64,000 nucleotides of DNA from an uncultured virus (IMG/VR IMGVR_UViG_3300031998_000016) (Duplodnaviria > Heunggongvirae > Uroviricota > Caudoviricetes), in the IMG/VR virus record IMGVR_UViG_3300031998_000016; one strand, written 5' to 3'. Shown here piece after piece: positions 18,619 through 27,914 of this stretch (position 1 is its first letter; every line of letters begins with the position of its first letter). The notes beneath the pieces are model-generated. The model was not told where the DNA came from and did no database searches. It was given only the letters and a program-made list of their open reading frames with translations. A program made the position numbers and the translations under genes.

Positions 18619-20979
18619 ATGTCTTTAAAAAATACAATTGAAAAAAGTTTCGCAACATATGCGGCAATGACAATTCAGCATAGAGCCATTATAGATGCAA
18701 GAGATGCGCTTAAACCAGGCCAGAGAATGGCTTTTTATGCTCAGAGTGTTGATAAACTTGTGTGGCCAAAACCGCATAAGAAAACTCATAAGTCAGTAGT
18801 AAGTGCCATGGACCATTTTTATGTTCATGGTGATGCTTCTATGATTGACCTACTTTGCAGACTTGCAAGACCAATGTCTATGAGATATTGTCTTGAAGAT
18901 GGTGTTGGCAACATGGGTACTTATACTCAGCTTACTAACTTTGCCGCGCCGAGATATACAGAAATGCGTTTAGGACAACTCGGTGTTAAAATGGTAGAGG
19001 GAACACATAAGGAAACTATTGAAAGATGGTTTGATAATTATGATAATACAGAGCAGTTCCCATCTGTTCTTCCTTCTCTTGGATATTACAATATTGTAAA
19101 TGGTTCAATTGGTATTGCAACAAGTTTGTCTACATCTATTCCTCAGTTTAATCTGCGCGAAGTTAATGAAGCAATGATTAAGTTACTTTGGAATCCGGAT
19201 ATTGACTTTGATGAAATTTATTGTGCACCAGACTTTACAACAGGCGGTACAATTTTAAATGCCGATGAAGTTAAGGAATCATTAAGAAATGGTAAGGGTA
19301 AATCTATTATCATTCGTGGTACACTTGAATATGATAGTGATGATAATTCTATTCGAGTAAAGGAAGTTCCGTATAATGTTGCTACAGGTAGTGTTAAAAA
19401 GGAAATTGCCGGAATGTTTGAATCAGAAAAGAAACCATTCCCGGCTAAGGGTATTGCAAGATTTACCGATTCGTCAGAAGAAATGGTTGATATGACAATA
19501 TGGCTTGAAAAGGGAGTTAACCCAGAAAGCGTTGTTAGAAATCTATATAAATATACTCGTCTTCAGACTTTCTTCCCAATTAACATGATTATGCTTGATA
19601 AGGGAACAAGACCTAAACTCTTTACATGGAGAGAAGCCCTTAATGCTCATCTTGACCATGAAAAAGAAGTAAGGACAAAGATTCATGAACTTGAACTTAG
19701 AAAGATTGACGAAAGATTACCAATCGTAGAAGCTATCACAATTGCATTGGCAAATGTAGATGAGGTAATTGAAATCATTCGTGGCGCAGAAGATGGTACA
19801 AATTCTAAGACTAAGTTAATGGAAAGATTTGGCTATACAGATGCTCAGGCAAATGCGGTTCTTGCTATAACTCTTAAAAAATTAACAAAACTTGAAATTC
19901 AGAGTTTTAATGACGAAAAGGAAAAACTGCTTGCGGAAAAGGAATATCATGTTGCAGTTTTAAATGATAAGGATTTACTTTATAAGGAAATTGAAAAAGA
20001 TTTAAGAGAAATAGCTGAAAAATTTGGTGACGAACGCCGCACTAAACTTATGAACTTAGATTACAAGAATAGTGATGAAGATGCAGAACCAGTTGAACGT
20101 AAGGAACTTCTTATCACATATACAAATCTTGGCAATATCTATGCACAGGAAACTACAACTCTTATTGCTCAGAAGCGTGGCGGTAAGGGTACAAACTTTA
20201 AGTTAAAGGCTGATGAATATGTTACTCAATCAATCAGTACAGACAATATGGGCTGGTTATATGCTTTCACAAATAAGGGTAAGATGTACAGCGTTATGAC
20301 AGATAGCATTACTCTTGGCAGAAATAATGCATCAGTATTATTTGGCTTAGAAGCCGGCGAAAAGGTTTCATATATCAATACTTTCTCAAAGAAGTCAGGT
20401 GGAAACTATTTCTACTTTATAACAAAAGATGGTATGATTAAGAAAACAGCGGTATCCGAATACAAGAGCCAGAAGAAAGGCATTATCGCTATCAAACTTA
20501 AAGACGGCGATGAAGTAGTTACTGTTTTTGCCGCGAACGGTGGTAACATTGGTGTACTTTCAAGCTCCGGTAAGTTTATTGTTTTTGACGGTTCAGACAT
20601 TTCTGATACAGGTAGAAATACTGCCGGTGTAAGAGCAATCAAGCTTAAAGATGGAGAATCTGTAATTGCTGCCGCAAAGGTAATGGGTGATAATCTTGTA
20701 ACTGTTTCTGAGTACGGTATGATTAAGAGAACATCCATGTCTGAATTTACAACTCAGAGTCGTGGCGGTACGGGTGTTTTAATCTCCGGTGTATCAACCA
20801 ATGATAGAATAGTGGACTTCTTGACTTTTAAAGAAGATTGTGATATAATGATTATATCATCAAAGAAAAACATAAAAATTCCTTCAGTTCAGATTTCTAC
20901 ACAGAGCAGAACTGGTAAAGGAAGCAAGGGTATTACTCTTGATGATAAAGAAAAAGTTAAATCAGTTGTAAAAGCGTAA
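18619..20979 (+). CDS. gyrA: Type IIA topoisomerase subunit A with beta-pinwheel CTD (GyrA-like)
   Basis: RDALKPGQR, HGDAS, AAPRYTE catalytic Tyr, PDF-TGG, GDERRT, GyrA-box-like QKRGGKG, repeated GxxAIKL blades. Confidence 0.9.
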   Translation: MSLKNTIEKSFATYAAMTIQHRAIIDARDALKPGQRMAFYAQSVDKLVWPKPHKKTHKSVVSAMDHFYVHGDASMIDLLCRLARPMSMRYCLEDGVGNMGTYTQLTNFAAPRYTEMRLGQLGVKMVEGTHKETIERWFDNYDNTEQFPSVLPSLGYYNIVNGSIGIATSLSTSIPQFNLREVNEAMIKLLWNPDIDFDEIYCAPDFTTGGTILNADEVKESLRNGKGKSIIIRGTLEYDSDDNSIRVKEVPYNVATGSVKKEIAGMFESEKKPFPAKGIARFTDSSEEMVDMTIWLEKGVNPESVVRNLYKYTRLQTFFPINMIMLDKGTRPKLFTWREALNAHLDHEKEVRTKIHELELRKIDERLPIVEAITIALANVDEVIEIIRGAEDGTNSKTKLMERFGYTDAQANAVLAITLKKLTKLEIQSFNDEKEKLLAEKEYHVAVLNDKDLLYKEIEKDLREIAEKFGDERRTKLMNLDYKNSDEDAEPVERKELLITYTNLGNIYAQETTTLIAQKRGGKGTNFKLKADEYVTQSISTDNMGWLYAFTNKGKMYSVMTDSITLGRNNASVLFGLEAGEKVSYINTFSKKSGGNYFYFITKDGMIKKTAVSEYKSQKKGIIAIKLKDGDEVVTVFAANGGNIGVLSSSGKFIVFDGSDISDTGRNTAGVRAIKLKDGESVIAAAKVMGDNLVTVSEYGMIKRTSMSEFTTQSRGGTGVLISGVSTNDRIVDFLTFKEDCDIMIISSKKNIKIPSVQISTQSRTGKGSKGITLDDKEKVKSVVKA
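20821..20849 (+). promoter_or_regulatory. Promoter-like sequence inside the 3' end of gyrA
   Basis: TTGACT-17-(TG)TATAAT. Confidence 0.5.
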
Positions 20980-20982
20980 TGC

Positions 20983-21011
20983 TTTACAATTGATGAAAAC
21001 TATGATATAAT
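20983..21011 (+). promoter_or_regulatory. Sigma-A-like promoter
   Basis: TTTACA-17-(TG)TATAAT. Confidence 0.7.
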
Positions 21012-21039
21012 ATAGATAATGAATAAAGGAGTTGAAAAT

Positions 21040-21423
21040 ATGACTTTTAACGAAAAGGTTAATGCTATTAAAAAGTGGAAAGAACCAATAGTTACAGCAC
21101 TTAATATGGTTCTTGATTCATATTACGAACTCATTGTCAATTATACAAAAGGTGCAGACCATTCTTCGGTAGAACTTAATAAGAATCTACCGGAGGACCT
21201 TGCTCCTCTTATTAACGATATTAAGACAGATATTGATAAGTATAATGACATCAGACGTAAACTTCTCGCTGATGATTTTTCTGTAACTCCTCTTGAAGTT
21301 GGTTACATTAATAATGCTCTCACTTTTGCGATGATAAGGTTTGATAAGATTATCGACTATACAACAAATGCGAGAGAGATTACAAAAACAATTTCTGTGG
21401 TTCTTACCTCAGATGAAAATTAA
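21040..21423 (+). CDS. Hypothetical protein, 127 aa
   Basis: RBS AAGGAG before ATG 21040; appears helical. Confidence 0.7.
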   Translation: MTFNEKVNAIKKWKEPIVTALNMVLDSYYELIVNYTKGADHSSVELNKNLPEDLAPLINDIKTDIDKYNDIRRKLLADDFSVTPLEVGYINNALTFAMIRFDKIIDYTTNAREITKTISVVLTSDEN

Positions 21424-21556
21424 AAAGTGAAAAGCTTTACAAATCTTAAAGATTATGTTATAATAAATACATAATAAAAAAGACGAAAACTTTTTAGAAA
21501 AATTAAAAAGTGAAAGGCTTTACAAAAACAGAAAAATGTGTTATAATTAATACATA
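21416..21556 (+). promoter_or_regulatory. Tandemly duplicated promoter pair
   Basis: Two copies of AAAATTAAAAAGTGAAARGCTTTACA-17-TATAAT-WAATACATA (-35 at 21436 and 21519; -10 at 21459 and 21542). Confidence 0.85.
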
Positions 21557-21714
21557 GTAAAGATGATGTGAAAAGTTTAATTTTCCTTTCTCATGGTTTG
21601 TTCATTCCCTCCTGTAATATGATATACAACATCATCTTTGCGGCTTAGGTAGTTGGTATTTAATAAGGTTCGATTCCTTATCCTAGGCTTATAAATAGCA
21701 CGCCATGCTATTTA
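21553..21714 (+). ncRNA. Candidate structured RNA: long stem with anti-SD loop, tRNA-like mini-domain, 3' hairpin
   Basis: Stem 21557-21569/21629-21641. Acceptor-like stem 21643-21649/21682-21688 with T-arm ATAAGG-TTCGATT-CCTTAT. Hairpin TAAATAGCA-CGCCA-TGCTATTTA at 21692-21714. Directly downstream of a promoter. Confidence 0.6.
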
Positions 21715-21761
21715 GAAAAAAACAAAATAATTTTTTATATTTAACAAGGAGTGATTTAATT

Positions 21762-22022
21762 ATGGCAAAGACAAAGGGTAACTCAGAAAACACAATCAAG
21801 ATTGTAAATTACATGAAGGGAATCGGCGTGGGTGCAAAGCAGTCAGGCAAGGAAATCGCAGAAGCTCTCGGTTTCGAAAAGGTAGCTACTGTAACAGGCA
21901 CAATGCTTTCTCTTTATAAGAAGGGTGTAGTTGATAAGGAAAAGACAGAGAATGGTACTCTCTACTTCCTTACAGCAGACGGCGCTAACTACGACCCAAC
22001 AGTAGTTCCAACAGAAGCCTAA
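21762..22022 (+). CDS. Small winged-helix DNA-binding protein, 86 aa
   Basis: RBS AAGGAG before ATG 21762. SGKEIAEALG...VTGTMLSLYKKGVV...YFLTADG is a wHTH pattern. Confidence 0.7.
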   Translation: MAKTKGNSENTIKIVNYMKGIGVGAKQSGKEIAEALGFEKVATVTGTMLSLYKKGVVDKEKTENGTLYFLTADGANYDPTVVPTEA

Positions 22023-22042
22023 TCTACGGGCTTAACTCAACT

Positions 22043-22085
22043 GAAGTGACTGAGGGGATGTTCCCCTCGTTGCTTCTTTAATTTT
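22043..22085 (+). terminator. Hairpin, possible terminator
   Basis: GAAGTGAC-T-GAGGGGA...TCCCCTC-GTTGCTTC followed by a T-rich tract. Confidence 0.5.
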
Positions 22086-22121
22086 ATTAATATGTTTATT
22101 TAAGTTTGGAGGAATTAATTT

Positions 22122-23066
22122 ATGTTAAGTATTACAAAGCAGAGTGATAATTCAGTAAATATCGTTGGTGTTTTAAAAGAAAGAAACGTTGAGGAAAAGG
22201 TAAGTCAGTCAGGTAAGGCATATGTTCGCGGCACAGCAATAATCAGCACTGTTACACAGGTTGACGGCAAGGCAGTTGAAAGTGACCACAAGATTGAAAA
22301 GATGGTATTCAAGCTTAAGAAAGATGGTTCTGAAAATAAGCTTTATGACGCAGTTAAGGACTGGGAAAAGCTTGTTTCTGTTGCTTCAGCAACTGACCAG
22401 GTTCCAGCTTCAAGAGTTTGCCTCCAGAGTTCAAGCCTTGAGGAAAATATGTTCCTTCCAAATGGTAAGGATACTGTTAAGGACGTAAAGTCTACTACAA
22501 AGATTAACGTAGGCTGGTTAAAGCCATCTAATGACGAAAATGATAAGTCTGAATATACATTAACTGGTGTCGTTGTTAAAGACCCAATAGAACAGGAAAA
22601 GAACGGCGAACTTACAGGCAATCTTGTACTTAAGGTTGGCGTATTTGGTTATTGCAATGAAAAGGAAAACCCAGATGGTAACATTAGTATTCTTGACCTT
22701 CTTGTTACAACTCCATTAGGTATTAATTGGGTAAGAAGTAACGTTAAGGAAGGCGATACAATTCTTGTTCAGGGTGATATTATCAACTCATTCAAGAAAG
22801 TTGTCACAGTAGATACAGAAGGTTTCGGTGAAATTTCCAAGGAGAGCACAGTTTCTATCAAGGAATATCGCGTAAGAGCGGCTAAGGTTCTTGACGAGGA
22901 AAATTCATATGACTACTCTGACGTTAAAAGAGCAATGGCTGCAAGAATGGCTAAAAAGGAAGATGTAGTTGCTAAGGCTAAGGAAAGAGCCGCAAATTCA
23001 GCAGCTTCAGCTTCAGCAAAGAGCGGTCTTAACGACTTTGGTATGGACGACGCAGTTCCGTTTTAA
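22122..23066 (+). CDS. Single-stranded DNA-binding protein-like (two OB folds)
   Basis: NxVxIVGVL and LTGVV OB-like starts, acidic C-terminus DDAVPF, next to the AAA NTPase. Confidence 0.7.
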   Translation: MLSITKQSDNSVNIVGVLKERNVEEKVSQSGKAYVRGTAIISTVTQVDGKAVESDHKIEKMVFKLKKDGSENKLYDAVKDWEKLVSVASATDQVPASRVCLQSSSLEENMFLPNGKDTVKDVKSTTKINVGWLKPSNDENDKSEYTLTGVVVKDPIEQEKNGELTGNLVLKVGVFGYCNEKENPDGNISILDLLVTTPLGINWVRSNVKEGDTILVQGDIINSFKKVVTVDTEGFGEISKESTVSIKEYRVRAAKVLDEENSYDYSDVKRAMAARMAKKEDVVAKAKERAANSAASASAKSGLNDFGMDDAVPF

Positions 23067-23072
23067 TTAATT

Positions 23073-23100
23073 AAGGGAGATTAATTTCTCCCTTTTATTT
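23073..23100 (+). terminator. Intrinsic terminator
   Basis: AAGGGAGA-TTAATT-TCTCCCTT-TTATTT. Confidence 0.65.
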
Positions 23101-23140
23101 ATATTAACATATGACATGATTTTATAAAGGAGAGATTAAA

Positions 23141-24094
23141 ATGGGTATTGATTTAAAAGCACTTAAACCACATCGTATATCAAAGAATTTAAGAGGAAAG
23201 AGTTTACTTCTCTATGGACCTCCAGGTTCAGGTAAGACAACTTTTGGTACAAACTATAGTAAGTCACTGTTACTTGCGTTTGAAAGAGGTTACAATGCTC
23301 TTGATAACATCATGGTACAGGACATTAAGACTTGGCAGGAATATAAATAGGTTGTTTCACAGCTCTGTCGAGATGATGAACTCAAAGAGTTATATGAAAC
23401 ACTTGTTATAGACACTTGCGGCGAAGCTTGGGCACTTTGCGAAAAGTATATCTGCTCAAAGCGTGACATTGAAGACCTCGGTGATGAAGGATATGGTAAA
23501 GCATACAAGGCCGCAGAAAAGGAATTTGCTTCCGTCTTCAGAGAATTAACATATAATGGTTATGGTCTTGTTCTTATTGCTCACGAAAAGATAGCTACAG
23601 ACAAGGATAATCAGGATATTAAGTACATCGCTCCAGACCTTAGCTCAAAGGCTTTTGCAGTTATTAATAAGCTTGTTGATAACATTGCTTACATTAAGAC
23701 TATTAATAATGGCTCGGAAGAAAAGAGAGTAATGATACTTAGAGATAATTCCGGCAAGGTTGTTGTTAAGTCAAGACATAAGCACATTGCCCCTTATGTT
23801 GAACTTGGTTACGATAACTACGTAAATGCTCTTTACGAAGCTATTGATAAGGAAGCTAAGGAACACGGCAATGAAGCTACTGAAGAACTTAACCCAACAG
23901 CAAAGCTTGATTATGATACACTCATGATTGAAGCAAGAGATGTATGGGGACAGGTTATTCAGCAAGAAAAGGGTCCAGAAGCTATGGCAATCCTTGAAGA
24001 AGAATTTGGTAAACCTACTAAGTTCTCAGAAGTTGACCCAGCAGAAGTTGAAAAACTCAACGCAGCAATTGTTAGAATAAAAGAAATCGTTTAA
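23141..24094 (+). CDS. Phage AAA/RecA-family NTPase (AAA_24/Sak4-like), 317 aa (1 TAG)
   Basis: Walker A GPPGSGKT, TAG 23348, Walker B LVIDT, GYGK, IAH. Continuous frame to TAA 24094. Confidence 0.8.
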
Positions 24095-24100
24095 TTCAGA

Positions 24101-24140
24101 AGGGAGGAGTAAGATAATCGAAACTTACTTCTCCCCTTTT
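24101..24140 (+). terminator. Intrinsic terminator
   Basis: GGGAGGAGTAAG...CTTACTTCTCCC-CTTTT. Confidence 0.6.
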
Positions 24141-24163
24141 GCATTAATAAAGGAGTGAATATT

Positions 24164-25378
24164 TTGAAAAAAGTTTTAGATACCAACGTATTACTTGATT
24201 ATCCTCAGATAGTAACTAAAGATACTGAAGAATGGGTAATACCTCTTGTAGTTTTAAAAGAAATTGACGGACTTAAAATGAACATGAATCCGGAAACATC
24301 AAGAAAAGCTCGAAAGGCTGCAGTTTTCGCGGCAAAGAATATGGACAATATCACATGGGATTTTACAGTAGAAGGCAGTTCTGTTGATAATATTCTTCTT
24401 GATATTGTTGCATAGAATAAAGATTATATACTTGTTACAAATGATGTTTCTTTAAAAGTAATTGCCAAAGCAAATGGTATTCCTGTTGAAGGATATAGTT
24501 GGAAAGATGATTATACTGGAGTTCTTTATGTAGAGCCTGAGACTATGAGTGTTGATGAATATAATGAAATTCTGAGCAAACTTATTAATACTGGTGACTA
24601 TGATAAAGAGAACTACAAGTTTAGTCCGGGCGAATATCTTATCGTGCCGCCATATTGTACAGATGATAAGAGCAAAAGTACAATCTTTAAATACAGCACT
24701 GAGGGATTCTTTGAACAGGTTTCACTCAGACAGACAATCAAGAATCATTGGATTGACACAATCAGGCCGCGAAATGATGAACAGATTTGCTTGTTTGACC
24801 TTTTGAATAGTAGCGTTCCAGTTGTATACGCTGGTGGCGGCTATGGTACAGGTAAGAGCTTCCTTACTCACAATTATGCAATTGGAGAACTTGAAGCACA
24901 GCGCATCAAGAAAATCGTTTACGTTCCAAACAATGCTTATGCACAAGACTCAATGGAACTTGGCTTCCTTCCGGGCGATAGTTTTGAAAAATTAATTCCA
25001 AGTATTGGTCCACTCATTGACCAAGTAGGTATTGACCAAATTAATCGTTGGATAGCTAACGAAGAACTCGAAATTGTTCCTCTTGCATTTATGAGAGGTC
25101 GTAGCTTTAATGATGCTATTATCTTAGTTTCAGAAGCCGAAAACCTTACTGAAAGCCACATTAAACTTCTTATCTCACGTTGCGGCGAAAACACACGTAT
25201 CTTCTTTGATGGAGATATTGACCAGGCCGACAGTGCAATCTTTAAGGATAGAAATGGTCTTAAGTTATTACTTAACCTCCACAAAACTGAAATGGCTGAC
25301 CTTTTCGGAACAGTCTTCCTTACAAAGATAGAAAGAAGTAAAACAGCAGAACTTGCAAATACTCTCGATGAACTTTAA
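24164..25378 (+). CDS. phoH: PIN domain-PhoH-like ATPase, 404 aa (1 TAG)
   Basis: VLDTNVLL, ExDGLK, VDNIL, TAG 24413, LVTND (PIN domain); GGYGTGKS, LGFLPG, RGRSF, EAEN, DGDxxQ (PhoH). Confidence 0.85.
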
Positions 25379-25383
25379 TATTT

Positions 25384-25417
25384 TCGCGGCGGGATTATAT
25401 ATCTTGCCGCGATTTTT
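25384..25417 (+). terminator. Intrinsic terminator
   Basis: TCGCGGCGGGAT-TATAT-ATCTTGCCGCGA-TTTTT. Confidence 0.7.
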
Positions 25418-25422
25418 ATCTC

Positions 25423-25451
25423 TTTACTTTTTTAGAAATTTGTGTTATAAT
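25423..25451 (+). promoter_or_regulatory. Sigma-A-like promoter
   Basis: TTTACT-17-(TG)TATAAT. Confidence 0.75.
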
Positions 25452-25486
25452 ATAACTATAAAGTTAAAAGAAGAGGGTGAGGACAA

Positions 25487-26191
25487 ATGATAGATGTTCT
25501 TACTGCGGAGCAAATATTTGTCCTGTATGAGAGATTACACAACAAAGCAGAAGTTGCTCGCAGATTAGGAGTCAGTCCAACAACTGTAGCAAAATACATT
25601 GAACAGGAGGGATTAATTATTAGCAAGGAAAGAACTAAGATAACTCCGGAAATCGTTCAAAAGATTAACGATTTATATTCCCAGTATAGAAATCAGGCAA
25701 AAGTAGCAAGGGAATTAGGAATATCAAACACAACTGTAAAAAAGTATTTATCGCCTGAAAATTTAGCAATAAGTAATCAGATATATGATGATAGGGATGC
25801 CCTTTGGTATTACATCATTAGACTATTTGGTGTGTATGATGCTGAAAACGATATACCAGTTGATGGACATAATATTCAGCTTATGAATTTATATGTCAAG
25901 AAAGGTATTAACTATCGTGCTCAACTTTTAATCCTTAAATGGTTTTATGAGATTAAGAGGAATAAGGTACAGGATAGATACAAGACTATTGGTATTATTC
26001 CTCATGTTTATAGCGATGCTCTAGCATATTACAAACAGCAAGCTCACAAGGCACAGGAAATTAATGAGGGAATTAAAAAGCAGCTTGAACAGGATAGAAT
26101 TGAAATTCCATACAATCCTAATAACTATTTAAGTAAACGCAAAAAGAAGAAAGAAATAGATTTAGATTCGGTTGGTGAAATGAATGATTAA
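25487..26191 (+). CDS. Double-HTH DNA-binding protein, possibly replication initiator/helicase loader
   Basis: Two HTH repeats NKAEVARRLGVSPTTVAKY and NQAKVARELGISNTTVKKY; overlaps the helicase start. Confidence 0.7.
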   Translation: MIDVLTAEQIFVLYERLHNKAEVARRLGVSPTTVAKYIEQEGLIISKERTKITPEIVQKINDLYSQYRNQAKVARELGISNTTVKKYLSPENLAISNQIYDDRDALWYYIIRLFGVYDAENDIPVDGHNIQLMNLYVKKGINYRAQLLILKWFYEIKRNKVQDRYKTIGIIPHVYSDALAYYKQQAHKAQEINEGIKKQLEQDRIEIPYNPNNYLSKRKKKKEIDLDSVGEMND

Positions 26192-27914
26192 GGTAGATAG
26201 ACACACAGTAATACAAATACTCGGTGGGTTAATGGCTCGCCCGGATTATTTAGCTGATACAGATAAGTATTGTCTTGAACCGGCCAATTTTCCAAATCTG
26301 TTAGACAGATATATTTTTGCTTGCATTAATAATCTATATAACTGCGGCGATGGTGCAAATAAGATTCGTTCAATAGACATTATAGAAGCTCTCAAAGTAA
26401 ATGCTTCGGCCTACGCTATTTTTGAAAAAGAAAATGGTGAAACATTCTTACAGGACTGTGAAGCAAACGGAGAGCCGGAAAACTTCGATTACTACTACAA
26501 GAAACTTAAAAAGATTAATCTGATTATTGACCTTAATAAAATGGGTTATAATACAGAGCAGTTTTATAGTGAGAATTTACTTGATGTAAATGCAAATGAG
26601 AATTTTGACAAATTAACAACAGATGACATTCTTAACAAAATTAAACTTGAAACCGCTAATCTTGAAAATAAGTATGCCTTCAATAACAAAATATCAGAAG
26701 GTAAGCCAACTGACGGAATACTTGATTTGGTTCTCTCTTTACGAGCAGCCCCGGAAATTGGTTGTAGATTACAGGGTGATATTTATAATACTGTTCTTCG
26801 CGGCGGAAGAAAAGGTAAAATGTATCTTAGGTCTGCTGGTAGCGGTGTTGGTAAAACTCGTCGTATGGTTGGTGATGCTTGTTATATAGCTTATCCAATT
26901 CGTTTTGATAACAACACAAATCAGTGGGTATCCACAGGAAGTTGTGAAAAGGTTTTATATATTATGACAGAACAAGATACAGAAGAAATCAACACAATGA
27001 TTTTGTCTTATCTTAGCGGCATTAATGAAGAAAAGCTTGTTTATGGTAACTACACAGATGAAGAACTTGAACGCTATAAGATAGCTATTGACATCATGAA
27101 TAGATATGATGATAACTTCTTCTACGTAAGAATACCAGACCCATGTGCTTCTATCGTAAAGAATGTATGTAGAAGATATAACATTCAGTATGGTGTTGAA
27201 AATATCTTCTATGATTACATATTCTCTTCACCAGCAATGTTAAATGAATATCGTGATTTAAAACTACCAGAATTTGTATGTTTAAGACTGTTTGCTACAG
27301 CTATCAAAAACTTAGCTGTAGAACTTAATGCTTTCATTATGACTTCAACTCAGATAAGTAATGATGATGATAAGACTGGTGGCTTTAGAGATTATCACTG
27401 TATTCAGGGTGCAAAGCAGATTGTAAACCTTGCTGACGCAGCTGGAATAGTTTCAAGACCAACCAAAGAAGAACTTACTCAGCTTGGTTCTATTCTTGAA
27501 ACAGTTGGTGTTGTTCCAAACTGTGTACATGATATATTTAAGAACAGACGAGGACGTTGGACTCAGGTAAGAATTTGGTCTTATGTGGATTTAGGTACTT
27601 TAAGAACAAGGGACTTATTTATCACAACCGCCAATATGAAACCAATTGAAGAGTTTAAGATAATGGATTACAAGATGGAAGAAGATTTCTCAGATGTTTG
27701 TGAGTTCTATAATGGCGGCGAATGTAAAGTTCCAATTATTACTCAGGCTGAAGAAATACCTAACGAGCCGGTAACTCCAAAGCGACTTGATATGGTTGAC
27801 TTTACAGAAGTTTCATTAAGTGATATAAAACCGGAAGAACTTGTTAATGCCTTCCATGAACGTGAAAAAATTGATATAGACTTAGAAAATGTTAGCTTAG
27901 GAGATTTAATATGA
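26184..27914 (+). CDS. Replicative DnaB-like helicase
   Basis: SAGSGVGKT Walker A, IMTE, IFYDYI, TSTQ, KNRRG; precedes primase. Confidence 0.85.
   Translation: MIKVDRHTVIQILGGLMARPDYLADTDKYCLEPANFPNLLDRYIFACINNLYNCGDGANKIRSIDIIEALKVNASAYAIFEKENGETFLQDCEANGEPENFDYYYKKLKKINLIIDLNKMGYNTEQFYSENLLDVNANENFDKLTTDDILNKIKLETANLENKYAFNNKISEGKPTDGILDLVLSLRAAPEIGCRLQGDIYNTVLRGGRKGKMYLRSAGSGVGKTRRMVGDACYIAYPIRFDNNTNQWVSTGSCEKVLYIMTEQDTEEINTMILSYLSGINEEKLVYGNYTDEELERYKIAIDIMNRYDDNFFYVRIPDPCASIVKNVCRRYNIQYGVENIFYDYIFSSPAMLNEYRDLKLPEFVCLRLFATAIKNLAVELNAFIMTSTQISNDDDKTGGFRDYHCIQGAKQIVNLADAAGIVSRPTKEELTQLGSILETVGVVPNCVHDIFKNRRGRWTQVRIWSYVDLGTLRTRDLFITTANMKPIEEFKIMDYKMEEDFSDVCEFYNGGECKVPIITQAEEIPNEPVTPKRLDMVDFTEVSLSDIKPEELVNAFHEREKIDIDLENVSLGDLI

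Noticed and set aside
21643..21705. Amber suppressor tRNA or other complete tRNA
   Set aside because: Only 13 nt separate the acceptor stem and T-arm, leaving no anticodon arm. Reported as a tRNA-like element instead.
21705..21761. ORF-track start at 21705 (likewise 6473, 11494, 14879, 21019, 24155, 31952, 50368)
   Set aside because: Downstream starts have properly spaced RBSs, so the coordinates were adjusted.
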